Part shown: one piece after another, positions 1 to 8,635 of the stretch
Layout of the letters: each line of letters starts with the position of its first letter
Numbering within the stretch: position 1 is the first letter of the stretch
Translations under genes and position numbers: made by a program
Source of the DNA: an uncultured Gemmatimonadota bacterium
GTDB taxonomy: Bacteria; JAAXHH01
Assembly (NCBI GenBank): GCA_951812955.1
Contig: OX638340.1
Span: 224,001-288,000 of the forward strand
Length of the DNA: 64,000 bases
Direction of reading: 5' to 3'
The notes under the pieces: model-generated
The model's database searches: none
Seen by the model: only the letters and a program-made list of their open reading frames with translations
Told to the model about the DNA's origin: nothing

Positions 1-754
<754 letters not shown>

Positions 755-775
755 CGCCATCCCCGGAAATGGCCC

Positions 776-1735
776 ATGAACAGACTTGAATGCCCTGCCG
801 CGTTGACCGTGCTACAGGCGGTCGACTGGGCAGCCCGCAAGCTGGACGGCCGGGCGAATCCCGCCAGCCGCGTCGAATCCGAAATCCTGCTGGGGGAGGT
901 GTGCGCATCAAGCCGTCTCGCGTTGTACCTCGACCATGCCAGGCGTCTCGACATACTGGAGACTTCCCGGTTTTCGGCGCTGGTCAGCCGAAGAGTGCGC
1001 GGGGAACCAGTCCAGTATCTTACGGGTAGTGCGGAGTTTTACGGCCGTGAGTTCCTGGTATCGCCGGCCGTGCTGATCCCCCGGCCCGAGACCGAGCGGA
1101 TTGTAGACCACGTGCGTCCCTTTCTGAATGGGATTCGGCGCGTGCCCGTAGGAAACCCGGGCATGCGGGCCCGGGCGCGGAATACCGGCGGAACGCCTTC
1201 CGACCGCCCCGTTCATTTCGCGGACGTCGGCACTGGATCAGGGGTCCTCGCGGTCACGCTCGCCCTGGAATGCCCGTCGGTTCGGGGGTATGCAACCGAT
1301 GTCTCCGACGAGGCCCTGGGGATCGCGCGCAGAAATGCGGGCCGCCTGCTCCGGGACCGTAGCCGGATTGCCTTCGCGCGGGGTTCGTTACTGGCGCCGT
1401 TGAACGCGTCATCCATCCCCGCTTTGGACCTCATCGTGTCCAACCCGCCTTATGTCACTTCGCGGGAGATGGACAGCCTGCCGGATGAGATTCGCGCGTT
1501 TGAACCACGGCTGGCCCTCCATGGCGGCGAAGATGGCCTGATATGCTACCGCGAACTCATCGACCAGGCCCCGGCGTACCTGAAAAAAGGCGGGATGATC
1601 GCCCTGGAGATCGGCTCGGAACAGTCCGCGGCGGTGTCTCGTTTATTGACGGACCGCCGTGTATTCGGAAACATGAAGATCGTGAAGGATTACAATGGCC
1701 TGGACCGTATCGTGTCCGCCATCCACGTCGGGTGA
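776..1735 (+). CDS. prmC: release factor glutamine N5-methyltransferase
   Basis: Lies directly downstream of prfA in the conserved prfA-prmC order. It has the NPPY catalytic motif (VSNPPYV) and an AdoMet Rossmann motif (DVGTGSGVLAV). Confidence 0.85.
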   Translation: MNRLECPAALTVLQAVDWAARKLDGRANPASRVESEILLGEVCASSRLALYLDHARRLDILETSRFSALVSRRVRGEPVQYLTGSAEFYGREFLVSPAVLIPRPETERIVDHVRPFLNGIRRVPVGNPGMRARARNTGGTPSDRPVHFADVGTGSGVLAVTLALECPSVRGYATDVSDEALGIARRNAGRLLRDRSRIAFARGSLLAPLNASSIPALDLIVSNPPYVTSREMDSLPDEIRAFEPRLALHGGEDGLICYRELIDQAPAYLKKGGMIALEIGSEQSAAVSRLLTDRRVFGNMKIVKDYNGLDRIVSAIHVG

Positions 1736-1765
1736 TCCCCGGCTTCACCGACCGGAAGGTGCACC

Positions 1766-2584
1766 ATGCTGAACAACCGTCGCATCATGATACTTGGAAC
1801 TGGAAACATGGGATCCTGCCTGCTCGGCGGCATACGCAGAGCAAATCTCGTTCCCCCGGAACAAATCGTGATTACCGGTCTGCGGTCCGATTACCTCAAG
1901 GACCTGGCGGAGCAATGGGATGTTAGCTGGACAACGGACAACCGCAAAGCGGTGCGTGAAGCGGATATCGTCATGATCTGCCTCAAGCCCCAGGCCATAG
2001 AACGCGTGGTGGATCAAGTACGCGACTGTCTCCGTCCCGATCAGCTGCTGATTACGATCGCGGCGGGAATGACGACGACCTCGATTACGGAAATGGCACG
2101 CACCGAGAATCCTGTCGTCCGGGTGATGCCGAATATCGCCTCCCTGGTGGACGAGGGGGCTGCGGCTATTTCGCCGGGCACGTACGCCGGCGAAGAACAT
2201 AAACAGATTGCAGCCCGGATCTTCCAGGCGGTAGGGCGCGTCGTTTTCGTGAACGAGCATCTTCTGGACGCGGTAACCGGTCTCAGCGGCAGCGGCCCCG
2301 CCTATATATATATGGTAATAGAGGCATTGTCAGACGGCGGTGTGAAAATGGGCCTGCCCCGAGATGTCGCCCTGGACCTCGCGGCCCAGACCGTACTTGG
2401 CGCCGCGCGGCTTATTCAGGAGACCGGCAAGCATCCCGCGGTGTTGCGCGACCAGGTACTTACGCCGGGCGGCACCACCATCGCAGCGGTACATGACCTG
2501 GAAATCCGCGGATTGCGAAGCATGTTGATCAGCGCGGTCGAGACCGCCACGCGGCGATCAAGAGAACTCCGAGACGGCAATTAG
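1766..2584 (+). CDS. proC: pyrroline-5-carboxylate reductase
   Basis: N-terminal NADP Rossmann motif (IMILGTGNMGSCLLGG). The C-terminal dimerisation domain shows conserved ...GLSGSGPAYIYMVIEAL...LTPGGTTIAA, typical of P5CR. Confidence 0.85.
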   Translation: MLNNRRIMILGTGNMGSCLLGGIRRANLVPPEQIVITGLRSDYLKDLAEQWDVSWTTDNRKAVREADIVMICLKPQAIERVVDQVRDCLRPDQLLITIAAGMTTTSITEMARTENPVVRVMPNIASLVDEGAAAISPGTYAGEEHKQIAARIFQAVGRVVFVNEHLLDAVTGLSGSGPAYIYMVIEALSDGGVKMGLPRDVALDLAAQTVLGAARLIQETGKHPAVLRDQVLTPGGTTIAAVHDLEIRGLRSMLISAVETATRRSRELRDGN

Positions 2585-2908
2585 ACTCTCCCCGGGTCTT
2601 TTGAGAAACAGGGCCGGATGCTGCCGGCAGGCCGGCGCGCCCTGAAATGAATCGTCCGGATTCGGCAAGACCCCATCGCATTTTAATCCACACAGGCTGA
2701 CAAAAAGGATTTCACGTTCGGGAGGAATCCTCCCGGGGGCGTCTTTGCGCGTGAACGGCGCCATATAGTGCCTGAACCGACGGTATTTCGTAGTATATGG
2801 TGTCAACACCTGATGTGTATCAACACACATATAGTCTTTTGCGCACGTAGGAGTTACGAAGATTCCCTTATCCAAAGGTAAAGAAAATCGATGTAAGTCC
2901 ATTTTTTA

Positions 2909-2937
2909 TTGACAATATGGGGGGTGCTATGTAGTAT
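2909..2937 (+). promoter_or_regulatory. sigma70-type promoter TTGACA-17nt-TAGTAT upstream of mraZ
   Basis: Perfect -35 hexamer (2909-2914), a 17-nt spacer and a TAGTAT -10 (2932-2937). It sits ~125 nt upstream of the mraZ ATG, in the position of Pmra in other bacteria. Confidence 0.6.
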
Positions 2938-2963
2938 AGTGGGTAGAAGTGGGACGAAGTGGG
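2938..2963 (+). promoter_or_regulatory. three direct repeats AGTGGG phased at 10 bp (2938-2943, 2948-2953, 2958-2963): putative MraZ operator
   Basis: The sequence agtgggtagaagtgggacgaagtggg lies immediately after the -10 element. This matches the known architecture of MraZ-binding GTGGG direct repeats with 10-bp periodicity overlapping the mra promoter and transcription start. Confidence 0.55.
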
Positions 2964-3060
2964 TCCCAGAACATCCTGATTACCAAACACTTGTATAGTA
3001 ATCGTAAATAACTACCTCAGGACAGGGTGTTTACTCCTTTGTGTTACAGGGAGATCGTGA

Positions 3061-3501
3061 ATGGTTAACTTCCTGGGTTCATACACCTACACCGTGGACC
3101 ACAAAGGCCGGGTCAATGTCCCTGTGAAGTTTCGCAAGCACATCCGGACCGACGAGGACGACACGCTGATCATCACGCGGGGACTCGATGGATGTCTTTT
3201 CGTCTATCCAATCGACGAATGGGAACAGATCGACACCCGATTGCGAGAACTGCCCGTCACAAGGCAGAACACGCGGATCTTCATCAGGATGCTCTCGTCG
3301 GAGGCCGTGGCAGTCTCCATGGACAAGCAGGGTCGTATCGCCCTTCCCAGGCAGCTGATCGAACGCGCCGGCATTGAAACGGAAGTACTGATCATCGGAA
3401 CGCTTGACCACTTTGAACTCTGGAGTCCCGGGGAGTATGAGAAAGTAATGAACGAATCGGGACATACATACGAAGAGATCGCGGAGTCCCTGTTCGTTTG
3501 A
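3061..3501 (+). CDS. mraZ: transcriptional regulator MraZ
   Basis: Two tandem MraZ/SpoVT-AbrB-like halves, each with the DxxxR signature (TVDHKGRVNVP; SMDKQGRIALP). First gene of the dcw cluster. Confidence 0.9.
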   Translation: MVNFLGSYTYTVDHKGRVNVPVKFRKHIRTDEDDTLIITRGLDGCLFVYPIDEWEQIDTRLRELPVTRQNTRIFIRMLSSEAVAVSMDKQGRIALPRQLIERAGIETEVLIIGTLDHFELWSPGEYEKVMNESGHTYEEIAESLFV

Positions 3502-4511
3502 TGCTTTCCACCCATGCGGCTCCGTTAAATCACGGAATGATCATGGGTCTGGCAGACAAGTACAATCATGTTCCCGTTCTTGCGGGGAAGGTAGCCGAGA
3601 TGCTCGTCTGGAACACTTCCGGCACATATGTAGACGGTACAATCGGCGGAGGCGGTCACGCGCGCGCCATACTGGAGCGGCTTGGCGAATCCGGACGGTT
3701 GATCGGGCTGGACAGGGATTCCGAAGCGGTCGGCGCGGCAGGTGCGCGGCTTGCGCGGGGAAGTACTCCTCGCGTGGAGATCCTGCAACGGGACTATACG
3801 GAGTTGGCGTCCGTGCTGGAAGCGAAACGCATCTCCCGGGTGGACGGACTGATTCTGGACCTTGGCATTTCGTCCTACCAGGTCGATACGCCTGATCGCG
3901 GATTTTCATTCCAGTCCGACGGTCCGCTCGACATGCGCATGGACCGGGGCAAGCCGTTGACCGCGGCTCATATCGTCAACGAAAGTTCCCGGGATGAACT
4001 CGAGCGGATCATACGGGAATACGGCGAGGAACGGCAGGCGCGCGGCGTCGCGAACGCGATCGTCAGAACCCGCGACAGGGCGCCGCTGACTTCCACCGCC
4101 AGGCTGGCTGATACGATCAGGTCCGCGGTCCGCCGCAGATGGGCGGTCAAGTCCTGCGCCCGGGTGTTCCAGGCACTAAGAATCGCCGTCAACCAGGAAC
4201 TGGACAAATTGAAATTGGTTTTGGATACCATGCTTCCCCTCCTGAGCAACCGGGGTCGTTTCGGTATCATATCCTATCATTCACTGGAAGATCGACTGGT
4301 CAAGCGGACATTCGAAACCTGGGCATCGGACTGCATTTGTCCGCCCGGCTTTCCACAGTGCGTCTGCCAGCACAGGCGCGTTGCCGTGCTACATACGAAA
4401 CGGGCCGTCGTGGCCTCCCGTGAAGAAGTCGCGAAAAACCCGCGGGCGCGAAGCGCCAGGTTCCGGATGATTGAACGTTTGCCCGACGATCAACACGCAC
4501 ACTGTAATTAA
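3498..4511 (+). CDS. rsmH: 16S rRNA (cytosine1402-N4)-methyltransferase RsmH/MraW. The start is uncertain: TTG at 3498, ATG at 3501 or at 3537.
   Basis: HVPVL and GTxGGGGH motifs, then SYQVD and DMRMD motifs typical of RsmH. It overlaps the mraZ stop codon. Confidence 0.85.
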   Translation: MMLSTHAAPLNHGMIMGLADKYNHVPVLAGKVAEMLVWNTSGTYVDGTIGGGGHARAILERLGESGRLIGLDRDSEAVGAAGARLARGSTPRVEILQRDYTELASVLEAKRISRVDGLILDLGISSYQVDTPDRGFSFQSDGPLDMRMDRGKPLTAAHIVNESSRDELERIIREYGEERQARGVANAIVRTRDRAPLTSTARLADTIRSAVRRRWAVKSCARVFQALRIAVNQELDKLKLVLDTMLPLLSNRGRFGIISYHSLEDRLVKRTFETWASDCICPPGFPQCVCQHRRVAVLHTKRAVVASREEVAKNPRARSARFRMIERLPDDQHAHCN

Positions 4512-4541
4512 CATCTTTAATTCAGAACGGAGAAGCCCGTC

Positions 4542-4964
4542 ATGAAATCCGCTATCAGATTCCGCAGCGACCACTCGTACATGGGACAATTGATCGGCTG
4601 GATCGGTACGATCGCGCTCGTAACGTCGCTGAGCATGGGTTACATCTGGCACCAGGTGGAAACCACGACGCTGATGCGGGAGATCATCGAACTGAAGGAT
4701 CAGAAAGAAGCCTTGAAAAAGGAAAGCGCCTATTTGCACGTGCGGATCGTTCGGCTCGCGGAACAGCTTCGGAACGAAACAGTGGCCATGAGTCGTTTCG
4801 ATTTGGAACACGCTGCAGTCGGACAGGTTGTGAACATGGATGCGGTAGACACGGCCATGGCTTTGGCCAACACCGAGCCCGATGTAAGGGCGATTGCGGG
4901 TAAGCCGGCGGATGACGCGTTGATCCTTGCCTCGTACCCTGCGGCTCACGTGGATACCCGATGA
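4542..4964 (+). CDS. ftsL: FtsL-like cell division protein (single TM helix plus coiled coil)
   Basis: 140 aa with one N-terminal TM segment (LIGWIGTIALVTSLSMGYIW) followed by a heptad-like coiled coil (REIIELKDQKEALKKESAYLHVRIVRLAEQL). It lies between rsmH and ftsI, where ftsL normally sits. Primary-sequence similarity is weak, as is typical for FtsL. Confidence 0.55.
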   Translation: MKSAIRFRSDHSYMGQLIGWIGTIALVTSLSMGYIWHQVETTTLMREIIELKDQKEALKKESAYLHVRIVRLAEQLRNETVAMSRFDLEHAAVGQVVNMDAVDTAMALANTEPDVRAIAGKPADDALILASYPAAHVDTR

Positions 4965-4976
4965 GGGAATACCGTT

Positions 4977-7040
4977 ATGGTCGCGAAATCCTGTATGCGC
5001 AGACTGACCCTCCTGGCCGTAGTCGGAGTGGTACTGTGTGCAGGTCTCGGGATTCGTATCGCGCTAATTCAGATTCGCGACGGCGAGGCCTACAGGCAGC
5101 GGGCGCGTGACCAACAGCACCGGGTGGTCACCATCGACCCCCGCCGGGGCCGTATCTTCGACCGCAACCGTAACACGCTGGCGCTGAGTGTCGAGTTCGA
5201 CTCCTTCGGTATCCAGGATCTCGACCGGGACCGGTACGGCCCCTCCGATATCGGAAACCTGGCCGTTCAGCTTTCCCAGATCACCGGCGAAGATCCCCAG
5301 CATATCATCGACCGGGTTTCCGAGACCTCCGACTTCAGGTATTTGGTCCGCTGGGTGAATCCCGAAACCAGTGAACGGATTAGAAGCCTCTCCACCTATC
5401 CCTTGTTCGAACCCTATATACGCACGCAAAAGGAAGCCAGGCGGGTCTATCCCTATCGGACCGCGGCCGGCCAGATACTGGGTTTCAGCGTAGATGGTTC
5501 CGGTCGGGCCGGGTTCGAAATGGAACACAACCAGCTGTTATCTGGTTTAGAAGGGTACAGCGTGGTGCAGATAGACGCTCAGCGACGGGCGTATTCGTGG
5601 CTTGATGCCTACCAGAATCCGGCGGAGAACGGCGCGGACGTCGTACTGACGATCGATATCGCTGCCCAGGTTGCCGCGGAAGAGGCGCTGGAGGAGGCGA
5701 TAGCGTGGCACGGGGCGCTCGGCGGTATGGTCATCATGATGGATCCGGCGAACGGCGACATACTGGCCATGGCCAGTTCTCCGGACTTCGATCCGAATAC
5801 ACCGGGACGGTTTCCATTCGAAGCCCAGAAGATCAGGCCGGTGGTGGATATCTACGAACCTGGGTCGACTTTCAAGATCGTAGCAGCGACCGCGGCCCTG
5901 GAGACCGGTGCGTTCTCTCTTGAGGACCGGATCGATACCAGTGCAGGCCGGATCGAGGTGGGCGCGCAGACGATATCAGACCACGAGGTCTACGACGAAC
6001 TGAGCGTACGGGAAGTCATCGAGCGGTCCAGCAACGTGGGTACCGTCAAAATCGCCCTGGCCCTCGGTGAAAAGGAGTTTTTCAAATACACCCGGGCCTT
6101 CGGTTTCGGCATGAAAACGGGCGTGGCCCTCCCGGGCGAGGCAAGAGGTATCCTGCATAAACCGGCCGTTTGGTCCATGTCCACGCTTCCCGCCATGGCC
6201 ATCGGCTACGGGGTTTCCGTCACCGGAGTACAACTCGCGACCGCCTATTGCGCCGTAGCCAACGGAGGCCTGCTCCTGCGACCTCGGATAATCAGATCCA
6301 TCCTGAGAAACGACGGTTCCGTGCAGACCGAACCGCGGTTTGTCGTTCGCAGGGTGATGAAAGAGGAGACCGCCGAAGCCTTACTGGGCGTATTCGCCGG
6401 AGTGGTGGACCAGGGTACGGGCACAAAGGCCGCGGTAACGGGTTTCAAGGTCGCGGGAAAGACCGGCACAGCCTGGAAGACCCGTGAGGACGGCAGGGGA
6501 TACACCAGGAATTACCGGTCGTCGTTTGCCGGGATGTTTCCGGCGAATGACCCGGAAATCGTCGTGCTCGTCATGATCGACGAGCCGAAGAAACGCGGCT
6601 TCTATGGCGGATCCGTGGCCGCGCCGGTTTTCAACAAAATCGTTCGCCGCCTCGTCCATCTGCCGGACGGACCCGTTGAGTCGGTTCCCGAATCCGATGA
6701 CGGCCTGCCCCTTCACCTGGCCTCCATCAAGCCTGGTTCGTCCTCGGGCAGCAGACCGCAGGGTTCTGCTACGGCATCGGGAGGACCGATGACTGGAGAC
6801 TTACTGCAGCTTGGCGGCCACTGGGAAATCGAACGTCCCGGTACCGGGGCGGAACAGGCACCGGTGCCGCTTCCGTCGGTGACAGGCATGAGCGTTAGAG
6901 AAGCCGTAAGGACCCTGGCCGAACAGGGTATTGAAGCAACCATAGTCGGTAAGGGCTACGTCCGACGCCAGATTCCTTCACCGGGCCGCATGGTCTATCC
7001 CGGCGATCGATGCCTCATCGAATGTGGTCCCTACAACTAG
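4977..7040 (+). CDS. ftsI: peptidoglycan D,D-transpeptidase FtsI (class B PBP3) with a C-terminal Ser/Gly-rich linker and one PASTA domain
   Basis: N-terminal TM anchor. Transpeptidase motifs STFK (PGSTFKIV), SxN (SSNVG) and KTGT (AGKTGTA). C-terminal ...PLPSVTGMSVREAVRTLAEQGIEATIVGKGYVRRQIPSPGRMVYPGDRCLIE fits the PASTA fold. Confidence 0.85.
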   Translation: MVAKSCMRRLTLLAVVGVVLCAGLGIRIALIQIRDGEAYRQRARDQQHRVVTIDPRRGRIFDRNRNTLALSVEFDSFGIQDLDRDRYGPSDIGNLAVQLSQITGEDPQHIIDRVSETSDFRYLVRWVNPETSERIRSLSTYPLFEPYIRTQKEARRVYPYRTAAGQILGFSVDGSGRAGFEMEHNQLLSGLEGYSVVQIDAQRRAYSWLDAYQNPAENGADVVLTIDIAAQVAAEEALEEAIAWHGALGGMVIMMDPANGDILAMASSPDFDPNTPGRFPFEAQKIRPVVDIYEPGSTFKIVAATAALETGAFSLEDRIDTSAGRIEVGAQTISDHEVYDELSVREVIERSSNVGTVKIALALGEKEFFKYTRAFGFGMKTGVALPGEARGILHKPAVWSMSTLPAMAIGYGVSVTGVQLATAYCAVANGGLLLRPRIIRSILRNDGSVQTEPRFVVRRVMKEETAEALLGVFAGVVDQGTGTKAAVTGFKVAGKTGTAWKTREDGRGYTRNYRSSFAGMFPANDPEIVVLVMIDEPKKRGFYGGSVAAPVFNKIVRRLVHLPDGPVESVPESDDGLPLHLASIKPGSSSGSRPQGSATASGGPMTGDLLQLGGHWEIERPGTGAEQAPVPLPSVTGMSVREAVRTLAEQGIEATIVGKGYVRRQIPSPGRMVYPGDRCLIECGPYN

Positions 7041-7090
7041 CCGATTCATCGTTCATGAGGGTGAGGACGACGGCATAGAGGGTCAAGGCG

Positions 7091-8635
7091 TTGAAACAGC
7101 TTTCGAAATTGCTGGCCGCGTTACCTCAAAAAAAAGTCATCAGCCGGCTGAATGCCTCGAACCGGGCGGACCGGGCGGACCGGGCAGTCCAGGCGGACTA
7201 TGCGGACCATGCGGACCATGCGGACCAGGAGATTGGAACCATAGTCCATGACTCGAGGTCCGTAGAGCCAGGCGATGTTTTTGTCGCGCTCCGCGAGCCT
7301 TCGGGCCGCGACGGCCGCAGGTACGCCCGCGACGCGGTTGCACGGGGCGCTTCGGTAGTGGTACAGGAAAGCGAGGAGGGCCTGGATGACGCGATCGTGA
7401 TAAGCGTTCCGGACACTTCCAGGGCTCTGGGCTTGATGGCCGCGGCGTACTACGGTCAGCCGGCGACCGACCTTTGTCTGATCGGTATTACGGGGACCAA
7501 CGGAAAGACGACCGTGTCATTGCTGGTCGAGGCTATCCTTCGGGAATGTGGCTGGGCCGTGGGCGGGATCGGCACGCTGGGCAGCCGGTTCATGGGCAAT
7601 GTGCTCGACTGGAAACTGGGCCACACCACGCCCTATCCGATGGAGCTGCACGGCACCCTGAGGAAGATCCGGGACCGGGGAGGCGAATGCGTCGTCATGG
7701 AAGTATCCTCTCACAGCCTGGTCTGGCAACGCCTGTCCGGCCTGCGATTCACCACGGGCGTCTTTACGAATCTCTCCAGGGAACACCTGGACGACCACAA
7801 GACCTTCGACGCTTACAAGGAAGCGAAGATGGTGCTTTTCTCGAAATACCTCGAGGAGAAAGGCAACGCCGTCCTGAACATGGACGATCCGGCCTATGTC
7901 CATTTCAAGGACGCATCGCGCGCACAGGTGCGATCATACGGACTGGACAAGAAGGCTGACGTCCGCAGGGCGGGTCCAATAGGATACTATGCTGACCGGA
8001 CCGTCATGAAAGTGCAGATTCAATCCGGTCCCCCTTTCAACGTGACCTTGCCTCTCCTGGGTCGTTTCAACGCGTACAACGCCCTGGCAGCCATATCCGT
8101 GGGGCTGGGATTCGGCATCGACTGTGAACTGATGAGCCGGGCCATGTCACGAGTCAGGGTACCCGGCCGGCTTGAGCGCGTCGAGGCTGGACAGCCTTTC
8201 AACGTGCTCGTGGATTTCGCCCATACGCCCGACGCACTCGGCGCCGTACTGTCCGCCTGCCGGGAATGGACCCGTGGAAGCCTGACCGTCGTATTCGGTT
8301 GCGGCGGGGACCGTGATCCCGGCAAGCGGCCGCTGATGGCCCGTGCGGCGTCCACCCACGCCGACGTAGTCATCGTGACGACCGACAACCCGAGAACGGA
8401 ACCGCCCGACCGGATCATAAGAGATATCGAGCCGGGTCTCCTGCCCCACGTCCGGTCCCATATAGTCCAGGACCGCGGCGAAGCGATCCATAAGGCCCTC
8501 AGCGATGCCGGCGAAGGAGACACCGTGCTGATCGCCGGAAGAGGAGACACGGCCTACCAGATCGTTGGCGAATCGCAAATCGAGTTCGACGACCGGTTCA
8601 AGGCCAGGGAATGTCTCGAGGCGCACTATGGATAA
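7091..8635 (+). CDS. murE: UDP-MurNAc-L-Ala-D-Glu:meso-DAP ligase MurE. Apparent TTG start; the N-terminus carries an (X-Ala-Asp)7 tandem-repeat insertion.
   Basis: Mur ligase ATP site GITGTNGKTT, the N-terminal DSRSVEPGDVFVAL motif, and a C-terminal region consistent with a DAP-adding MurE. Confidence 0.85.
   Translation: MKQLSKLLAALPQKKVISRLNASNRADRADRAVQADYADHADHADQEIGTIVHDSRSVEPGDVFVALREPSGRDGRRYARDAVARGASVVVQESEEGLDDAIVISVPDTSRALGLMAAAYYGQPATDLCLIGITGTNGKTTVSLLVEAILRECGWAVGGIGTLGSRFMGNVLDWKLGHTTPYPMELHGTLRKIRDRGGECVVMEVSSHSLVWQRLSGLRFTTGVFTNLSREHLDDHKTFDAYKEAKMVLFSKYLEEKGNAVLNMDDPAYVHFKDASRAQVRSYGLDKKADVRRAGPIGYYADRTVMKVQIQSGPPFNVTLPLLGRFNAYNALAAISVGLGFGIDCELMSRAMSRVRVPGRLERVEAGQPFNVLVDFAHTPDALGAVLSACREWTRGSLTVVFGCGGDRDPGKRPLMARAASTHADVVIVTTDNPRTEPPDRIIRDIEPGLLPHVRSHIVQDRGEAIHKALSDAGEGDTVLIAGRGDTAYQIVGESQIEFDDRFKARECLEAHYG
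7163..7225 (+). repeat. in-frame tandem repeat of 7 degenerate 9-bp units (cgggcggac x2, cgggcagtc, caggcggac, tatgcggac, catgcggac x2) inside the murE 5' region
   Basis: Read directly from the sequence. It encodes RAD-RAD-RAV-QAD-YAD-HAD-HAD. The other reading frames of the same stretch give Pro/Gly repeats, as expected for a nucleotide-level repeat. Confidence 0.9.

Noticed and set aside
2585-2700. Intrinsic terminator after proC (palindrome ctgccggcag and ccccgggtcttttgag)
   Set aside because: The palindrome has no loop and the cccggg element is too short to form a stable stem. No convincing stem-loop-U-tract structure is present.
7163-7225. Separate repeat-protein gene (collagen-like or PE/PGRS-like) at the Pro/Gly-rich alternate frames of the murE repeat (ORFs 7024-7251 +, 7140-7343 -)
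   Set aside because: The Pro-Gly translations are simply other frames of the 9-bp nucleotide repeat; the murE frame is continuous through it and carries all MurE motifs downstream.
8565-8627. Upstream-extended starts proposed by the ORF track for murF (8565), PHP (19485), pfk (27900), SBP copy 1 (30354), the amidohydrolase (TTG 36820), SRPBCC (40848), the YfcH-like gene (40730), the oxygenase-like gene (45013), the polyferredoxin (47181) and dagK (50715).
   Set aside because: Each extension overlaps the preceding gene or a tRNA, lacks an RBS, and adds non-conserved Arg/Ser-rich sequence. Internal ATGs that give conserved N-termini, RBS matches or 4-8 nt coupling overlaps were preferred.
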